A stretch of 64,000 nucleotides of DNA from NCBI RefSeq assembly GCF_000497125.1, contig NC_090596.1:1860001-1924000 (forward strand). Direction: 5' to 3'. The DNA comes from Spironucleus salmonicida (lineage: Eukaryota). The stretch's first letter is position 1. Every line of letters begins with the position of its first letter. Positions 1 through 14,776 of this stretch are shown in pieces. The position numbers and the translations under genes are program-made. Under the pieces are notes generated by a model. It had not been told where the DNA came from. It did not search any database and saw nothing but the letters and a program-made list of their open reading frames with translations.

Positions 1-1984
1 ATTCAAGCAGTATTGAATAAGTCTGAGTAAAATGATGTAAATAAATTTGTTTTATAGGGTAATAGCCATCTTTTATTACTAGTAGACGAAGTTTTGCATT
101 AATAAAATATAATACGAGAAAAAAATCAAACTAATATTTTAAATAAGTATGAACAATATTTTAGATTAGATAATCTTTTAGATTATTTGTAGTTATTAGT
201 TTAAAATTCACCATCAATAACACACTAAAGAAATTTAAAACGTAGCACTGATCACTATACTAATTTGATTACTGAGAATGGTAAGTTTCATGGTTTATTC
301 TTATTCATATAGGAACTATATAATTTAAGATCGATAGTGTCTATATTTTGGAGAAATATCAGTCATTATTTATAGAATAAGAGATGACCAAACAGATTAA
401 ATTCTGATTACAAATCAATGTATATATTCTGGAACTGATATGTCCTTATTCAATTTTCTAAACATTAATAAGATTTAGTAACATTTTTATTCTAGTGGAA
501 CCTCTTTAGAGTATTAACATGGCAGAATTATTGGATTACCATATCCTCATGTTACATTATGCAAACAGTTAAATAGTAACTAGGAAATAATTATTGCACT
601 AGCTACGGATGAGTTTTTATAAAGCTATTGTAGATCATTAGCATAAATTAATTATACTGATTACTATAATATTTAATGTCCTGAAAATTCGTTACCAAAA
701 TAACTTTATTTACCACTTATATCGCCATAATTATGGTTATGTCCAAATAAAAGAGAATAATCTGTGCAGTTATCTTTCAATTCTTTGACTAAACTAAAAA
801 TCAACAATCAATATTCATATTTTATAAATAAATAAAGTTGCTTTAATAAATATTTTGAAATTAAAAAAGTTAAAACAGCAATCTAATATCATATCAATCT
901 TGAGGAATAGGTGAAATCGACTTTATTAACTACTTCTTCTGGGTATATTAATTTAAAATATATTGCAGTGTTTTATTATTTAGTATAACAGCAGTTCGAT
1001 GAGTTAATTATTAATATCGATATTTTGAGTATAAAATAATTATTAGTTTAATAGAAGCTTCAATATTTGACAGAAATTAATGCTTTATTATTATTCTTGT
1101 ATACAATTGTTAAAAATGAAAATGTTTTGTCTAAATTTAAATTGATCTTATAAGAATAAAAATTGTGTTCAATGTATTTTAGTATTGTCGGTAGCTTTAT
1201 TTCATAGAGAGAATCAATGGATTTACTAAAAGAGGTATGCTAAGGCTCTAACTTTATATTATTACAATAACCTTTTGACGATTTTATTTATGAAAATACT
1301 AGTTTCAGTTAATTTTAATAAAATATTCGAGCTTATGGTGTTAATTATTCGAAACTAGTTTTTGAATCACTAAAGCAAACAAAATAGATAAAAACCTTAA
1401 TTTGCGCTATCTCTATTGATAAATAGAAGTTTTTTTCTAAATTTTTAAAGATTGACTAAAAACACCCTGACTTTTTAGTTACTTTTCATGGGTTTGAGGG
1501 ACTATAATAAATAAGCAATGTTTAAAATGGAGTTTATTATATTTCATATGCTTCTGGTAATCCAAGCGATGTTGGGTTACACGAAAAAACTAAAAATATT
1601 TCTAGGTCTATTATTTAAGTAGGACCAAATTAATCAGATATTTTGTTTTATTTTTCAGAAATTAATTTGAATTAGTAATTATTGCTTAAATAAGTAGAGG
1701 AACTAAATTAATTTTTGAATAGTCTTAATCAAAAGTAACAATAAATATTTCATTTATATAGTATATTTTATAATATATAATAATTGTTATTATATTCACT
1801 GTTGTGTAAAATAATTATTTACAATCTATATATATCCAAATTATACTTGTACTACTCTAGATTACTTAATATGTTTTTTAAATAATAATATTTATAAGTA
1901 ATGAACATTAAAGTAATTTATATACTGTTTATTTTAAATAATTAGGATATAAAATATTTATCTACCTTTCTAACTAGAGTCTGA
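1..1984 (+). CDS. 5'-truncated, divergent paralog (copy 0) of the large P-loop NTPase family; frameshifted, 3' end uncertain (coding-like sequence may run to about 4,580)
   Basis: Code-6 translation gives family motifs in order: LLLLVDEVLHQQ (Walker B, ~70-105), LYNLRSIVSIFWRNI (~316-360), IYSGTDMSLFNFL (422-460), IIGLPYPH, LICAISIDK and DFLVTFHGF (~1470-1495). Frame changes near 370-420; next in-frame TGA at 1982. Confidence 0.7.
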
Positions 1985-4900
1985 CTTAGTGAATCAAAAA
2001 TCATCTAGCTTATAGTTATGAAAATCTAATAAACTAATCTAATAGTGTTTATTATACATTATCTTATTACTGAAATTTGTAATACAGAATACGATATATT
2101 GCTGTAAATATCAATGTATTTATATTATTAATAATGCTATAAATAAAATACCTTACACTCATAATTACTAAATGTTCTGATGAATAAACTAAGTTGCTAT
2201 TGTGTAATAACAAAAATAATTTTAAACCTTCAGTAGATACAATAATTATTAATAATTTTATCGTATCACAATATAGACTATCTAAGTATAATAACTAAGT
2301 GGAAACTTATTATAATTTGTAATTTATACTCAGTAATTTAATTTACTAATAATAAACAAATTATAACCGTCTAAAAGTATTTTTAGCGAATTGAATGCCT
2401 GTGATAAAGAATTTAAGATTAAATAGGATATTTAATCATAAAAGTAACTTTTTCTAGATAAATTATATTATAATATACTTTAATCGAATAGGTTATAATT
2501 TATATTCATATAATCAATACTTTGTGTGTTGCGATTTATTAATGACCAGGAAATGATGTATAGATTAAAGTTATAAAGTTTACACAAACTAAGTAGAATT
2601 TTATATTCTTAATTTTCAGATTAATACTTTTAGCTGATTTTATGCAAGATAATGAAAGAGCATTAAAGAATCAGTTTTATAATAGACAAGCTATGCAATG
2701 TTTACTTTAGTATCAACTACTAAATATATGTATACATAAAATAATCATCGGTGATATTTATACTTACAATTATGTAGCATCTTTGTTAATTAGAAACTTA
2801 TTCATTTTTCCAGAATAATAATTATAATATAAATTTAAATAATTAATATTTTTAGTTAGTTTCATGTGTATAATTCTAATATCAAACTTACAGTACTAAA
2901 GATAAAGTTTCAACTACTTATCTTTACCTTGCTAAGATCTACCAAAATAATTTATATATTTAAAATGATGGCATAGTAAAAAATAATATAATTATTGAGT
3001 AAATTTAATACTATGTAAATAACATTATGATAATAGCTAAATGTAATAAAGGAAAATTACATTACTATTACATGTTCATACAGTTGGATTATACTATAGT
3101 AAATATAAAATGATATAGATATAATGTTCTAGCCAGTGCTCAGCTAAGAATATATAAAACATTTGTATATATTAAGGGTTTATCATCTAAGTTAATTTTT
3201 AAAAATTATTTAAATTACACGTTTTATTATTCGGAAATATTTCATATAAATATTTTTTAAGTTTCAGAGTATAGGTTATTAGGATAATACGTGATATGGA
3301 CCAAGAATGCTATACTATTGAAGAAAAACGATTCATATTTGTAAGTTAAAAGATATAAAATTATTATATAATATAGAGACTATATTTATTTCTATAGTTT
3401 AGAATTAAATACTTATTGAAGCCTAAGTTGTTCCCATTTATAATTTAAATTAATATTACTCTAAAGTTAAAATATTTTCGATAGTCTGTATAGTAGTAAA
3501 AATTGCTAGAGTTCTATATAAAATTAGTTGTTTTATTATCATAAATATTTGTAAACAAGAAAGCAGTAAAATATCATAAAATATCTGGCTTTATATACTA
3601 AAATTAGATTATTTTAACATAGATACGTAGTCTGCTAAGAAATCTAACTTTAATAATATTATAAATCATCAAAAGCCACTAATAATAAATTTATATTGCT
3701 ATGATCAAAAATTTGTGAAGGTATTTGTAATTTATGTGCTGCTTCGCACATGTTATTTATTTTTACATAGCATTTATTATAAACTCAATAAATTATGTTG
3801 AATATTGAAATTACGCAAGTTAAATAAGATTTTTAGCTTTATTACTATTTGACACATAGTATAGTATCAATACTATACAAAATTAGATAGATATATGGAT
3901 ACTTCCGATAAAATAAACTTTTATAAAATTAAATTATATTCTTACACATGATAATATTATCAAATCTATAATGAAATACAAAATTAATTTATGATATAGC
4001 GAGATTACAATTTTTTATACCATGATGTTACTATTTGATAAATTTTGATCGCTTATAGGATTGTTTAGTTGTATTATAAAGAGAACAAGTATCATAATAT
4101 CAACAGAGAATGCAATTACTTAGTTATGATTTATATTAATTCATAATTTATAAAAAGAGATGGTCAATGAAAATAATAATATCTTAAATTTTAGCAATAA
4201 ATATTTTTTTGCCAATTATATTCTGAAATGCATTAGAAGCAATAATTTTAAACTTAAAACGTTTAATCTTAATATCCAACTTTATTTTTCAAATTAGTAT
4301 AGAGATTTCCATCAATAGTTCACCTATTTAAATATTCATTTAATAAAGGTTAAGGTCTATTACTATAGTGAGTATAATGTCTACCAGAAAATGACTCAGT
4401 TTCTGTTTTAACAACAGTTGTAATTTTGGTATTAATTAGCAAAATAACATTGAGCTAAAACAACAAGCTGAGATAGTTACTTACATGCAAGGTGAAACTA
4501 TTCCAGGTGAAAAATACGAAGATTGAAACATCAGTACAAAACGGCAACTATGACAAAACACTAGAATATAATGCACCTGGATGAAATTGATCATACGCCG
4601 TAATTACATCAAGACGGACTCATCAACATTAATAAATTAAATATTTGGTATAGGTGATTGGAAACTTAGCAAGTGCAAACTATGTCAAATATCTAGTTTT
4701 AGGACAAGTATCATTATTTACGTTTTTAGTGTAACTATACTCCTCATGGTTAATAATATGGGAAATATTTATTTTTTGTCACATGTTTGCTGACATATGA
4801 GGAATGAAAATACTCTATATCATGACAAGGAGGTGTGAATATAACTGCTCTTTGCTTAGTAATAAGCCTATTTCCGGTAGGACGATAGATTGCAATTATG

Positions 4901-7365
4901 ATTATTTATTATTCATGAATATGAAGGAATCCATAATAAAATGCTTTAGATTCACTGAGAGTCAATTTAACCATACATGGGTATTCTATAAAACAAATAT
5001 GGGACTGGGCAAGTAGTAAGAAGTTCATAGCATCCTCATGGTTTAGCCTTTTCTATTTTCAATAAAACAGAAATAATTTTACGATTAGCGTTGAGAACAT
5101 AAAACATTTTTTCAAAATTGTAAATGCAAAATAGTTTTTATAATATGCACTACTTACTACTAAGTATCTGCAATATAATTACCGATGACAATTAAAATCG
5201 ATGGACTACCAACTTTCAAATACAACAAAAGCAGGTTATCATGTCTCGAGTCGGCCGTTGCTCTATAATTCTGTTATATTTGAAGCTATACCTATCTGTA
5301 CTTTATTTATTATTAATAAGCAATACTAGTACTTTCTTATGAAGAATTGTAGGCTGATATATAATTTTATATTGCCACTACGCGGCTTTCAGTAACATGC
5401 TTATTCAATAGCATATATTACAGCAGACAAAATTTCATTCGAAGTAGTTTCCTGCCACATCAATACATCCATGGTTTGGTGCATGTACCGGACACCAATT
5501 TGATGCGCATGATGTATTTTCAGTAAATTGATATGTATGTCATACTGCATTGCATAGACATGTAAAAGACAGTACGTTAAATCAAGTAGTGATGTTATTA
5601 AATTATTTTAACAGTTTATTTTTAAACATATTTCTGGTCTTAGCTGATGGGTACTTACCACCAATAGTGCCTAGTATCATATGAGAAACTCAACTTATGC
5701 GACTTAAATTATTTTGTTTCAAAGAACATACTATCTCTAATTAAGTTGATTTAAATGAATCTGCCTTGTGGGGTCGAGATGCAAGCTACTATATAATACT
5801 CGTATTTACCTTTGCTACTACTTCATAAAAATATAACACACCCACATACAGATAAAAGATATGGAAACTCATACATCATCCTACTGAATATAACATATTA
5901 TGTATATTTTTAAAATCTACTTGTAAGAATAGTATTTGAATTAGAATTATAACACTCTACCCACAATATCCATTCCGCACCAGCCTGCAGTTCATCGGCA
6001 CTCATAGCTGGTGCTCAACCACATATCATAGAATGAGCAAACCGTTAAAGACCACCTGGTATCCTAATGCAGTAAGTGCTCCCATCATCAGCAGCCTAGC
6101 ACCGACTCACACCAATCAGGCAGCAGGTGCACCTGATAGTTGGCATGGAACTGATACATTGGAGTGGATACCTTTCACATTGAGCAGAATTAAGAGCTAA
6201 CCCCACCCCACCTAAACTAATATGCTGCTCTCCCAGCGATCTTCAGGCGAGCACTGTTATTTTGATGCATATCAGGATGCCTGAGCTGCTGCCTCCGGTT
6301 GCGGCTAACAGTGGGGCATGCACAGATAAACTACGGTTGACTCGAATATGAAATAGGTGTATAGAATATAATGCATAAATATATAATGTAATTTAGAGAA
6401 TGAAGAATATATACTATTTACACTTTGGTACTGAGCCTATATTGGTTATGCCCAGAGGACACATATGATAATAGATATACTAGGCTAGCACGCACTAGTG
6501 AAATACTAAGCTCGGTAAGTTAGTTAGCTAGCGTCCTCAAGCAGCTAGTTGCTAGCTAGCAAGAGCTAGGGTAAGATTAAAGCACGAACGAAGAGCTACC
6601 TTTAATAGCACGGTAGGATCCCCATCTGCCGCATTATACTATACCCCAATAGAAGCATATCGGAATATATTCTATTAGACGAATTTGTATATAACGAGGT
6701 TAGGGAGTATATTGCTAGCCTGAACTATTTACGATAGTATTTAGTATGAATATATCTAGTTATAATAATATCAAAAAAAACGATACTATGTTCGCAAAAG
6801 CAATCTAATACAGCGAGGGAGAAGGGAAAGTTAATCAGAAAGTCAAAAACAAGAGATTAAAATTGTATATGGATATCATACCCAGAGCGAGCATAATTTA
6901 GTTAAGCTTCTGATGGGTTTGATGGATATGAAAACTTGCGTTTAAAGCTAATCGTTCTATTTCGCTGCAGCATTACTGGAAGGGTTTAGGCATCAAAACT
7001 ATTGCAAACTCTTATTTCGTTAAGTACAAGACGATGCCTCGGTTGCCAATAAGTTTTGATATTGGGTCCTACATTCTTGGGCATGGAGGCACAGGGTTGG
7101 ACTTAGTGTATTCTACTATAAAATAATACTTTCGGTACAATGTTGGTAGTAAGTTCTTATAGTAGTAATACTAGCATTACTTCTATATTACCTTTCACAT
7201 ATCAATATCATATATATTTAATATATGGGTAGAACTTAGCGAAGCGGATTTGCTAGATGGGGAGTATGCTTCTGCCGGTAGGCACTTAGTACGCCTGTAA
7301 GAATAAATTAGTTGGGAAGTTTGGAGATACAGGTATCAGCTGTCTTTCTAATGTTTGCTTTAGCC

Positions 7366-8245
7366 GGTGACGAGATAGCGCTAGCTGGTGGTCAGGAGCC
7401 AGCGAGGTAGCAATACCGTAATTTATCGTGAGCAGGGTTGACCCTATGCTAGCTTAGGACCTCCGCATTTTGGTGCTACGAGCCTGAGTCGATGCTGTTG
7501 GCATAGTGAATAATGGCTAACCTTCATATTTGGCATAGCTGCCTGCTACTGAAGTGGGTACCACTAGTACTGGACCCCAAGTATTTCCATAGACAGCACG
7601 AAGGCAGGCATGAGTGGTACTGCATAGTGCTCGATGACTATACAATACTATAGTATATATAGTAATATCTTAAATGGAGTTTAGTAGTATGTATGCATTG
7701 GGAGTGGTGCCTATAAGGATATTTAGTATATTACTATTGTATTTATATAATACATTACTATGCTTAATAATATATATTCACCTATGAGCCCAGGTGCAAG
7801 CTATCACTAGGAAGGCTATTCTCACTAGTAATGCAAGCAAGGCTATGCCGAAGACCGTTTGCATTCTATCTTTAATACCCGCATGATGCATAATCTATCC
7901 AAAATGGTACTCTGCAGTCTCACCCGGTATGTTTATTAAGACAGAAGCCTAGGGATGGATGAATGTTAGATGGTAACGATGCCTCGCAGGATGAGTGTTA
8001 CTGAAGAGAAGCGAAATCAGCAGAATATGATACTTATTGCATCTAGTAACGATAGGGATGCGTGGGATCATGCATAGAGTATGAGCTAATGTATTTTTAG
8101 GAAACACCTATATTTACTAATAATGCGTAATAGTTAAGTAGTATTGTATATTATTAATTCCATACTAGCGCTTAAAGGCAGATGGAAAAGTTACACGAGT
8201 TCATTTTATACTTTTTAGTTCGTAAAACGCCTAACATTCATTAAT
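7366..8245. repeat. About 0.88-kb duplicated block upstream of paralog A (copy 1)
   Basis: Runs from GGTGACGAGATAGCGCTAGCTGGTGGTCAGG to AACATTCATTAAT and aligns by eye with high identity to 31900-33120. Confidence 0.9.
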
Positions 8246-8369
8246 TATAATATGTATCAAATTATGTATTATAAATGCAAGTAGAGTTTTTTATTCATAG
8301 TATAATATTATATTAATATATAATATTAATATAATATTATACTTTACATCTTTCCTATTTCCTTATTAA

Positions 8370-11300
8370 ATGACTGCAGATTTATCTATCGAGTTTGATG
8401 TTTATTAAGTTGAAGCTTTTAATGGAAAATTGAGGTATGCAAAAAATGATATCTTCAATGTGGAATTTAAAATTACTAATAATGAAATAAAGCAGTCAGT
8501 ATAATTAAATCAAATAAAGTATGTACTACGCTCAACTATTACCAAAAAATAGTAACTTTGCGCAGTATAAGTTGTTTTACTTTATTAAAAACTGGGTAAA
8601 ATAGCCTAGAATATAATATTCTAACTAGTGTAACCTACGGAAATAGTAAAATATGAGCAGGATTTTTTTTGGAACAATATTGGAATAGTAGCTGCTTAAA
8701 TGGGAATTAAAGTTAAGTCAATTAAAACAGAGGGTGATGCTGATTATGAGAGTGCACTATAAGATATATCTTTATATGGTGTTCAGTACTTTTCTTACTA
8801 TGATGACTTTGACACATTGAAAATACTGAAACCATTAAGTACTATTCAGAATGACTTTCATCAGGATATGATTTTGACTCAGTTGGCAGCGATATAATAT
8901 TAGAGCATCGGAGATTATCCTTTGATTTTACCTCTAGTGTTTGGTTATTCAGGATTTAAGTTATATACAAATAGAATGGATGAAATTGTAAATCAAAATG
9001 TTTTATCAGTTGTAACGTAATAAAAATTAGTAGTCCTCAAAACAATATTTGGGCTGTCTAATACTGTTTATAATGAATAATTATTACCAAATAAATTTGA
9101 ATACATGAACCTGTTCCAACTACCTATCCACTTTATCGGGACTGGGATCAGTTTGTTCATGTTCTAGCAGCTCTGCCACGTGTCCTACCTCTTCAAGGCG
9201 GAATATTTTGCATTATTCTCATTGATTGGAAATGAAGTAGCAGACAATCTTACGAATGCAGTCATAAGCCAGAGCTCCAGGTCTGGGAAAAGTGTAGCAT
9301 TGTACACGCAGTACTTTTTCCACCTCCTGATGGGGAATGTTCCAATATTGTTTAATATGAGATCTGATAAGGAGTAACCTCTTTATGAGTACTACACAGA
9401 AAATTTTCATAGCAGTCTAGGTTAATAATATATAGATGTATATAAATTAAGCGAAATTAAACAAATAAGTAACGTTAAAGAATTAAAGGAAGTTGAAGAT
9501 TTAAATAAATAGAAAGAGTCAAAGGAAGTTGAAGATTTGAAGAAAGATAAAGAGTTAAATAAGATTATACTTCAAAGTGTATGTGCCTTTCATTAATTCT
9601 AATTGGATAGTATAGGCAAAGTTTCAGAGCTATTTTATAAAATGGTAATTTTCATAGAAAATATTACGAAAATTAAGAATGTTAAAGGAAATAAATCTTT
9701 TAATCTGTTGGATGCTGTGAAGAAGCTGTAATATAACAATCATATATTTACAAAATTTGAATTGTTTTAAAATCAGATTTTTTTTATTTACAACAATCAT
9801 AAGGATACCTCTGGTATTTCAGATGACTAAATATTGGAAAGATCAAAGAAACCAGCGTTGCATTTAACACCTATTATTCTAGTTGATGAATGCTTATAAT
9901 CTCAGAAGAGTAAGTTCCCTAAATGCGTTAAGTTGTGCCAGATGATCTTCATGCGTTATGAGGAGAAACTGATTTAGTTAGGCAAAAAATAGTATATAAA
10001 GATATAAACCATGTTGGATAGTGATGAATTTAAGGTGATAAATACATTCGCATCTATCAAATATAAACAACATCATTTGGTTATTAATGTTATTTTGCCG
10101 CTTCTGAGTAAAGAGCTTCTGGAATCAGCAAAAACTGAACTGGGCAAAATTAGTATGACAGATCGATTCTAAAATAAAGGTATAGACGTGTACCAAACTA
10201 TTGAAAACATCATAACCAGTGTTTAATCACAAAATGCAGATTAGATATTCTATACTATACACGGCAACCAAAAAATTATAGTGGAATATTTGAAATCTCT
10301 TAATAGTTTACTAGGAAAATCAGAGTACATTCTCATAGCGATGGAGTACCTTCGCCTCGAGATTGATGATTACGACCTTCTTGACGAGTTAGTCGTTCAC
10401 TCACCGCAGATATTAAACATTAGGAACAGAACATAATTTAGAAAGATATTATTTTCAGGAATGGTATCTTACAGGAATCGAGGACAATACTATGAAGAGT
10501 TTGAAACGAATTTCTACAAGTTGATCCTATCGTTGTTCAACCCCAGAGGGGTAGAAACAGCGTTTTGGAAGACTTTTTCCATTGTAGCAATGATAGATGT
10601 AAAACTAGACGCGGCTACATTAAAACCTAAGGATATAACAGCAAATACAGTCATTAGCATATAATTTGTTATGGAAAAATTTTGGAAATATTCGGTTAAA
10701 GAGTTAATCTAAGAGTACTTTGGTGTTAGTAAGTCGCCAGATTTGAAAGAAGATCAACGCAAAGAATAATAGGTTGACAATTTTATTTCAATGTTTCATA
10801 AAGAACATGAACCATTATTAGAAAGCTTATAAAAAACTTTTGACACCACGAAATTTATCTCTGTACCAGGTGTAAAGCAGTCTACTGTAATTATGGTGGG
10901 AACAGATCTCACCGTAATTAATTTCCTTACAGTAAATTAGTTTTGCTACAATGCCATGTCAAGTAGAGCTAATATGGGTTACATTAATACTTAAATATTA
11001 GGATATGTTCAGCCTCACGCATCATTGCTGTCTAGCTTGCAGTACGAGGAGCGTCGGATGGTAGTGGATGATACTGGTTACACCAAGTCAGTAGGTGCTA
11101 TACCAGGTACAGTCAAGAAGTTTGCTGAAGAAACACCAATTTTGGTATCGCTGCTGTACTCGATGATGACGGAGAAGTCGGTTGAGATGCAGTTCATGTG
11201 CTCATCGGTGTGTCCGTCTATATGGTTTCAGTATAACTAAAAAATATTAAATTTCAATGCAACCAGCAGGCATGTAGTCAGTTTTTGTATAGAAGGTAAA

Positions 11301-13733
11301 AAGTAAATTCCAGAGCAAACTATGTATCAGTTTGACAGCCTCACTTAAACCTATAGCAATATTATCATACACAAAGGTGCTGAGAATGACGCTAAATTTA
11401 AGCTCACAAAAGGAGATGCTCATTTTGAATTACTACAGGATAATCAAAATTATAATATCAGCTGCATTGCATCGTCGACTCTGAACTACGAGGTGGTATC
11501 CGTTTTGAACTATTAGCTCATGTTTGCATTTATAGCGAAATATTCAACCTCAGCGATAAGTGTAGCAGATGCTTAAGATACTCTGCATCAACTGTCTAAG
11601 TTCTTCTAAAGAAGCGTCTTGATGGAGTTTATGCAGGTCATCCTGTTCGTGGCGAAGCTCACATTGCAGACGGCAACCCTAATTACGAACATTTCCCTGA
11701 TTATGAAGTAAGTGGACACTGGAAATATCTACGTCTAATACTTGCATGATGGAAGTATTACTGCAACGAAAAGCAAGGATGTTTTTAAGTTGCTAGAAAG
11801 AACGTCAGTCCCATATAAGTTTATGTTCCTAAACCCCACCTTTGACTACGCGTTCTAAAATTTTAATAAAAAATCATCTATTTCTATATATGAATAGGTG
11901 CTGAAAGATTCAGTAGCAGCTGCGAACGAAACTTTTCAGTTGCTGCGTTATAGACCGCCAGCCTAGCCAGAAAGTACCACCAAAAAGGACGAATCCTTCG
12001 CCAAAGAAGCCACTGTGGAGTAGGATGGTGGAACTCAGACTGATGTTGGCAGCACAGCCCCACCATAAGAGAGTTAACTATCTACAACTCAGGATGAAGC
12101 GTAGGAAAAATTAAAAGACTAAGAAACATGCCCTATGTTAATTATTGTGATCCCTTTCGACAAGAAGATGTGCTTTACGGATAGTTTGGACAAAGCAAGG
12201 CACAAAATATTTGACTTCATCGTCACGTTCCACGGGTACCCTGACCTCGGTTTGGAGACAAAAGATGGCTGCCAAGTGCTTCCGATAGAGTGCGGCCACC
12301 ATATCCCCGAAGTGTTGGCCGAAAAGGTTAAAGCGTTCAAGCTTAATAATGTATTGCAGATTGGGCTTGATAGGAAAGGAGCAACCTAGTTATTAGAAAT
12401 ATAGGACAAGTCTGAGCAGTTTGTATTAGACCAGTAGACCAAGGAAAGACTACCTAAGCAAAACGCACCACCCAAGTTTGAAGACAAGATGCAGTGCCAG
12501 GTTTTCAAAATAAATGGTACCAAGTTGGATTACACTAAGATATTTGCAGCCTTAGATGACTAAAATATAATGATAAATATTTTCAAAGATAATGACTATT
12601 AATACCTTTTGCTTATCGATGAGAAGAACAACTGTGCTACGAAGTATGATGCGATATGTGAGAAATTTAGTGTGGACGCTAAGAATTCTACCTTAAATAT
12701 TGATAAAGTTTGGAGTGTGAGAGGAACTTCCATTTTGCATTAGTATGTATCATAAGGTTTTATCTTACCGAAGTAGACGTTGAATTTAGATTTACAGTTA
12801 ATAGAGGACTATAGTATTGTTGTTAAGAAACTGGCTACTAAGTTTTAGTCATTGCATTTTACATGTAACAACAGTAAAAATGAGATTTAAGTCACATTCA
12901 ATACTGATACCGTTCTATTGAAGTTTTTGACATCGTTAAGTCTAGGAATTGTGTCCATTAATGAAAAAAATAATATCTACACCATGCTAGTTGTATATAT
13001 ATATGATGAGTAAGATATTGCTAATATGGACTAAGAAGCCTTATTGGAAAAGGAAAGATTAAAAAAGATATACAAAGAACCTCTATACGAAATCTGCAAG
13101 AAGAATTACGATGCCTATGGAAAATCTGGCAAGGTGAAAATGCTATCTGAAAAAGAAAATTAATACGAGCATATTAGATTATTTGAGAATTACCCAATTA
13201 CATGCACGTATGGACAGAAGGACAGGGCATTTACGCTATCTAAGGAGGAGTTGCTTGACCATCTAGCCGTATACCAAAGCATTATATCCAAATTCGAAGA
13301 GGATATAGTTTATTTAGATAATGTAGAGCCCTCAGTAAAGCAAATGCTAAACGCTAATTAGTAAAGTTTAGTTAATTTTAATGATTAGGGGAACAAGTAC
13401 TTTGCCATGTTTTTAAACGCGTTGAGATTAAAGAGTTATAAACTAACCTCTGCGTTTTAAGGTGAGGCTCCACTATTAATAAAGTTTAATAAATTAGTAG
13501 AAATCTAGAAAGAGTATAACGGAGAGTATGGTTTAAATATTTGCATTAATATATAATCTGCAGCTAGGAATTCGTTATTACTTAAGATGCTCATATTGGA
13601 AAATAAGTTTTTGACGTTCAAATAAAATACAAAATTCAATTAGGCGTAAATTTACGAATTATTTTTTAGCTTAAAAATAATTTTGCATGATATAGTTAAG
13701 GATGTCGCCCACATTGTTATCTTGCCTGAGTGA
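8370..13733 (+). CDS. Large P-loop NTPase family protein, paralog A (1,787 aa, code 6)
   Basis: ATG 8370 (MTADLSIEFDVYQ...). ORF fragments at 9180, 10461, 11025 and 12135 share this frame and join through TAA/TAG. Walker A VISQSSRSGKS (9261-9293), Walker B PIILVDEC (~9870-9893). Ends VAHIVILPE-TGA. Confidence 0.88.
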
Positions 13734-13954
13734 TCAAATTTAAACGAGATGGCTGTATTTAATTATTATTTTGTGACGCTACACATCTATTTATTTGGGC
13801 CAATCAGTAGATGTTTCGACATAGCTTTAATTTGATGTCTTATCTATAGGGATATAATACTATAAACAGTATCTACTTCACATACTCATGGATAGGAACA
13901 TTAAGCAGGATTATACCATAGAGATTTCATCCAGTGTGATGTTTCATTTTATTA

Positions 13955-14058
13955 ATATTATATTATATTATATTATATTATATTATATTATATTATATTA
14001 TATTATATTATATTATATTATATTATATTATATTATATTATATTATATTATATTATAT

Positions 14059-14093
<35 letters not shown>

Positions 14094-14741
14094 ATATTAT
14101 ATTATATTATATTATATTATATTATATTATATTATATTATATTATATTATATTATATTATATTATATTATATTATATTATATTATATTATATTATATTAT
14201 ATTATATTATATTATATTATATTATATTATATTATATTATATTATATTATATTATATTATATTATATTATATTATATTATATTATATTATATTATATTAT
14301 ATTATATTATATTATATTATATTATATTATATTATATTATATTATATTATATTATATTATATTATATTATATTATATTATATTATATTATATTATATTAT
14401 ATTATATTATATTATATTATATTATATTATATTATATTATATTATATTATATTATATTATATTATATTATTATTTATATTATATTATATTATATTATATT
14501 ATATTATATTATATTATATTATATTATATTATATTATATTATATTATATTATATTATATTATATTATATTATATTATATTATATTATATTATATTTTTAT
14601 ATTATATTATATTATATTATATTATATTATATTATATTATATTATATTATATTATATTATATTATATTATATTATATTATATTATATTATATTATATTAT
14701 ATTATATTATATTATATTATATTATATTATATTATATTATT
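13955..14741. repeat. (TATTA)n pentanucleotide satellite with an internal poly-T tract (~14068-14093)
   Basis: Directly visible tandem array between paralogs A and B. Confidence 0.98.
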
Positions 14742-14776
14742 AATATTTAGATATAAATTTTATTACCACTCCTTAA

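Noticed and set aside
7890-7990. WYSAVSPGMFIKTEAQGWMN in the duplicated block, faintly like pogo/DDE_1 transposase GWM motifs
   Set aside because: Too short. No DDE triad, long ORF or TIRs were found.
13710-13733. C-terminal HIVILPE (A) and HVIILEKK (B) resembling the Crinkler HVLVxxP motif
   Set aside because: That motif ends the N-terminal header in Crinklers. Here it is at the extreme C-terminus and absent from C and D, so it is probably just a terminal beta-strand.
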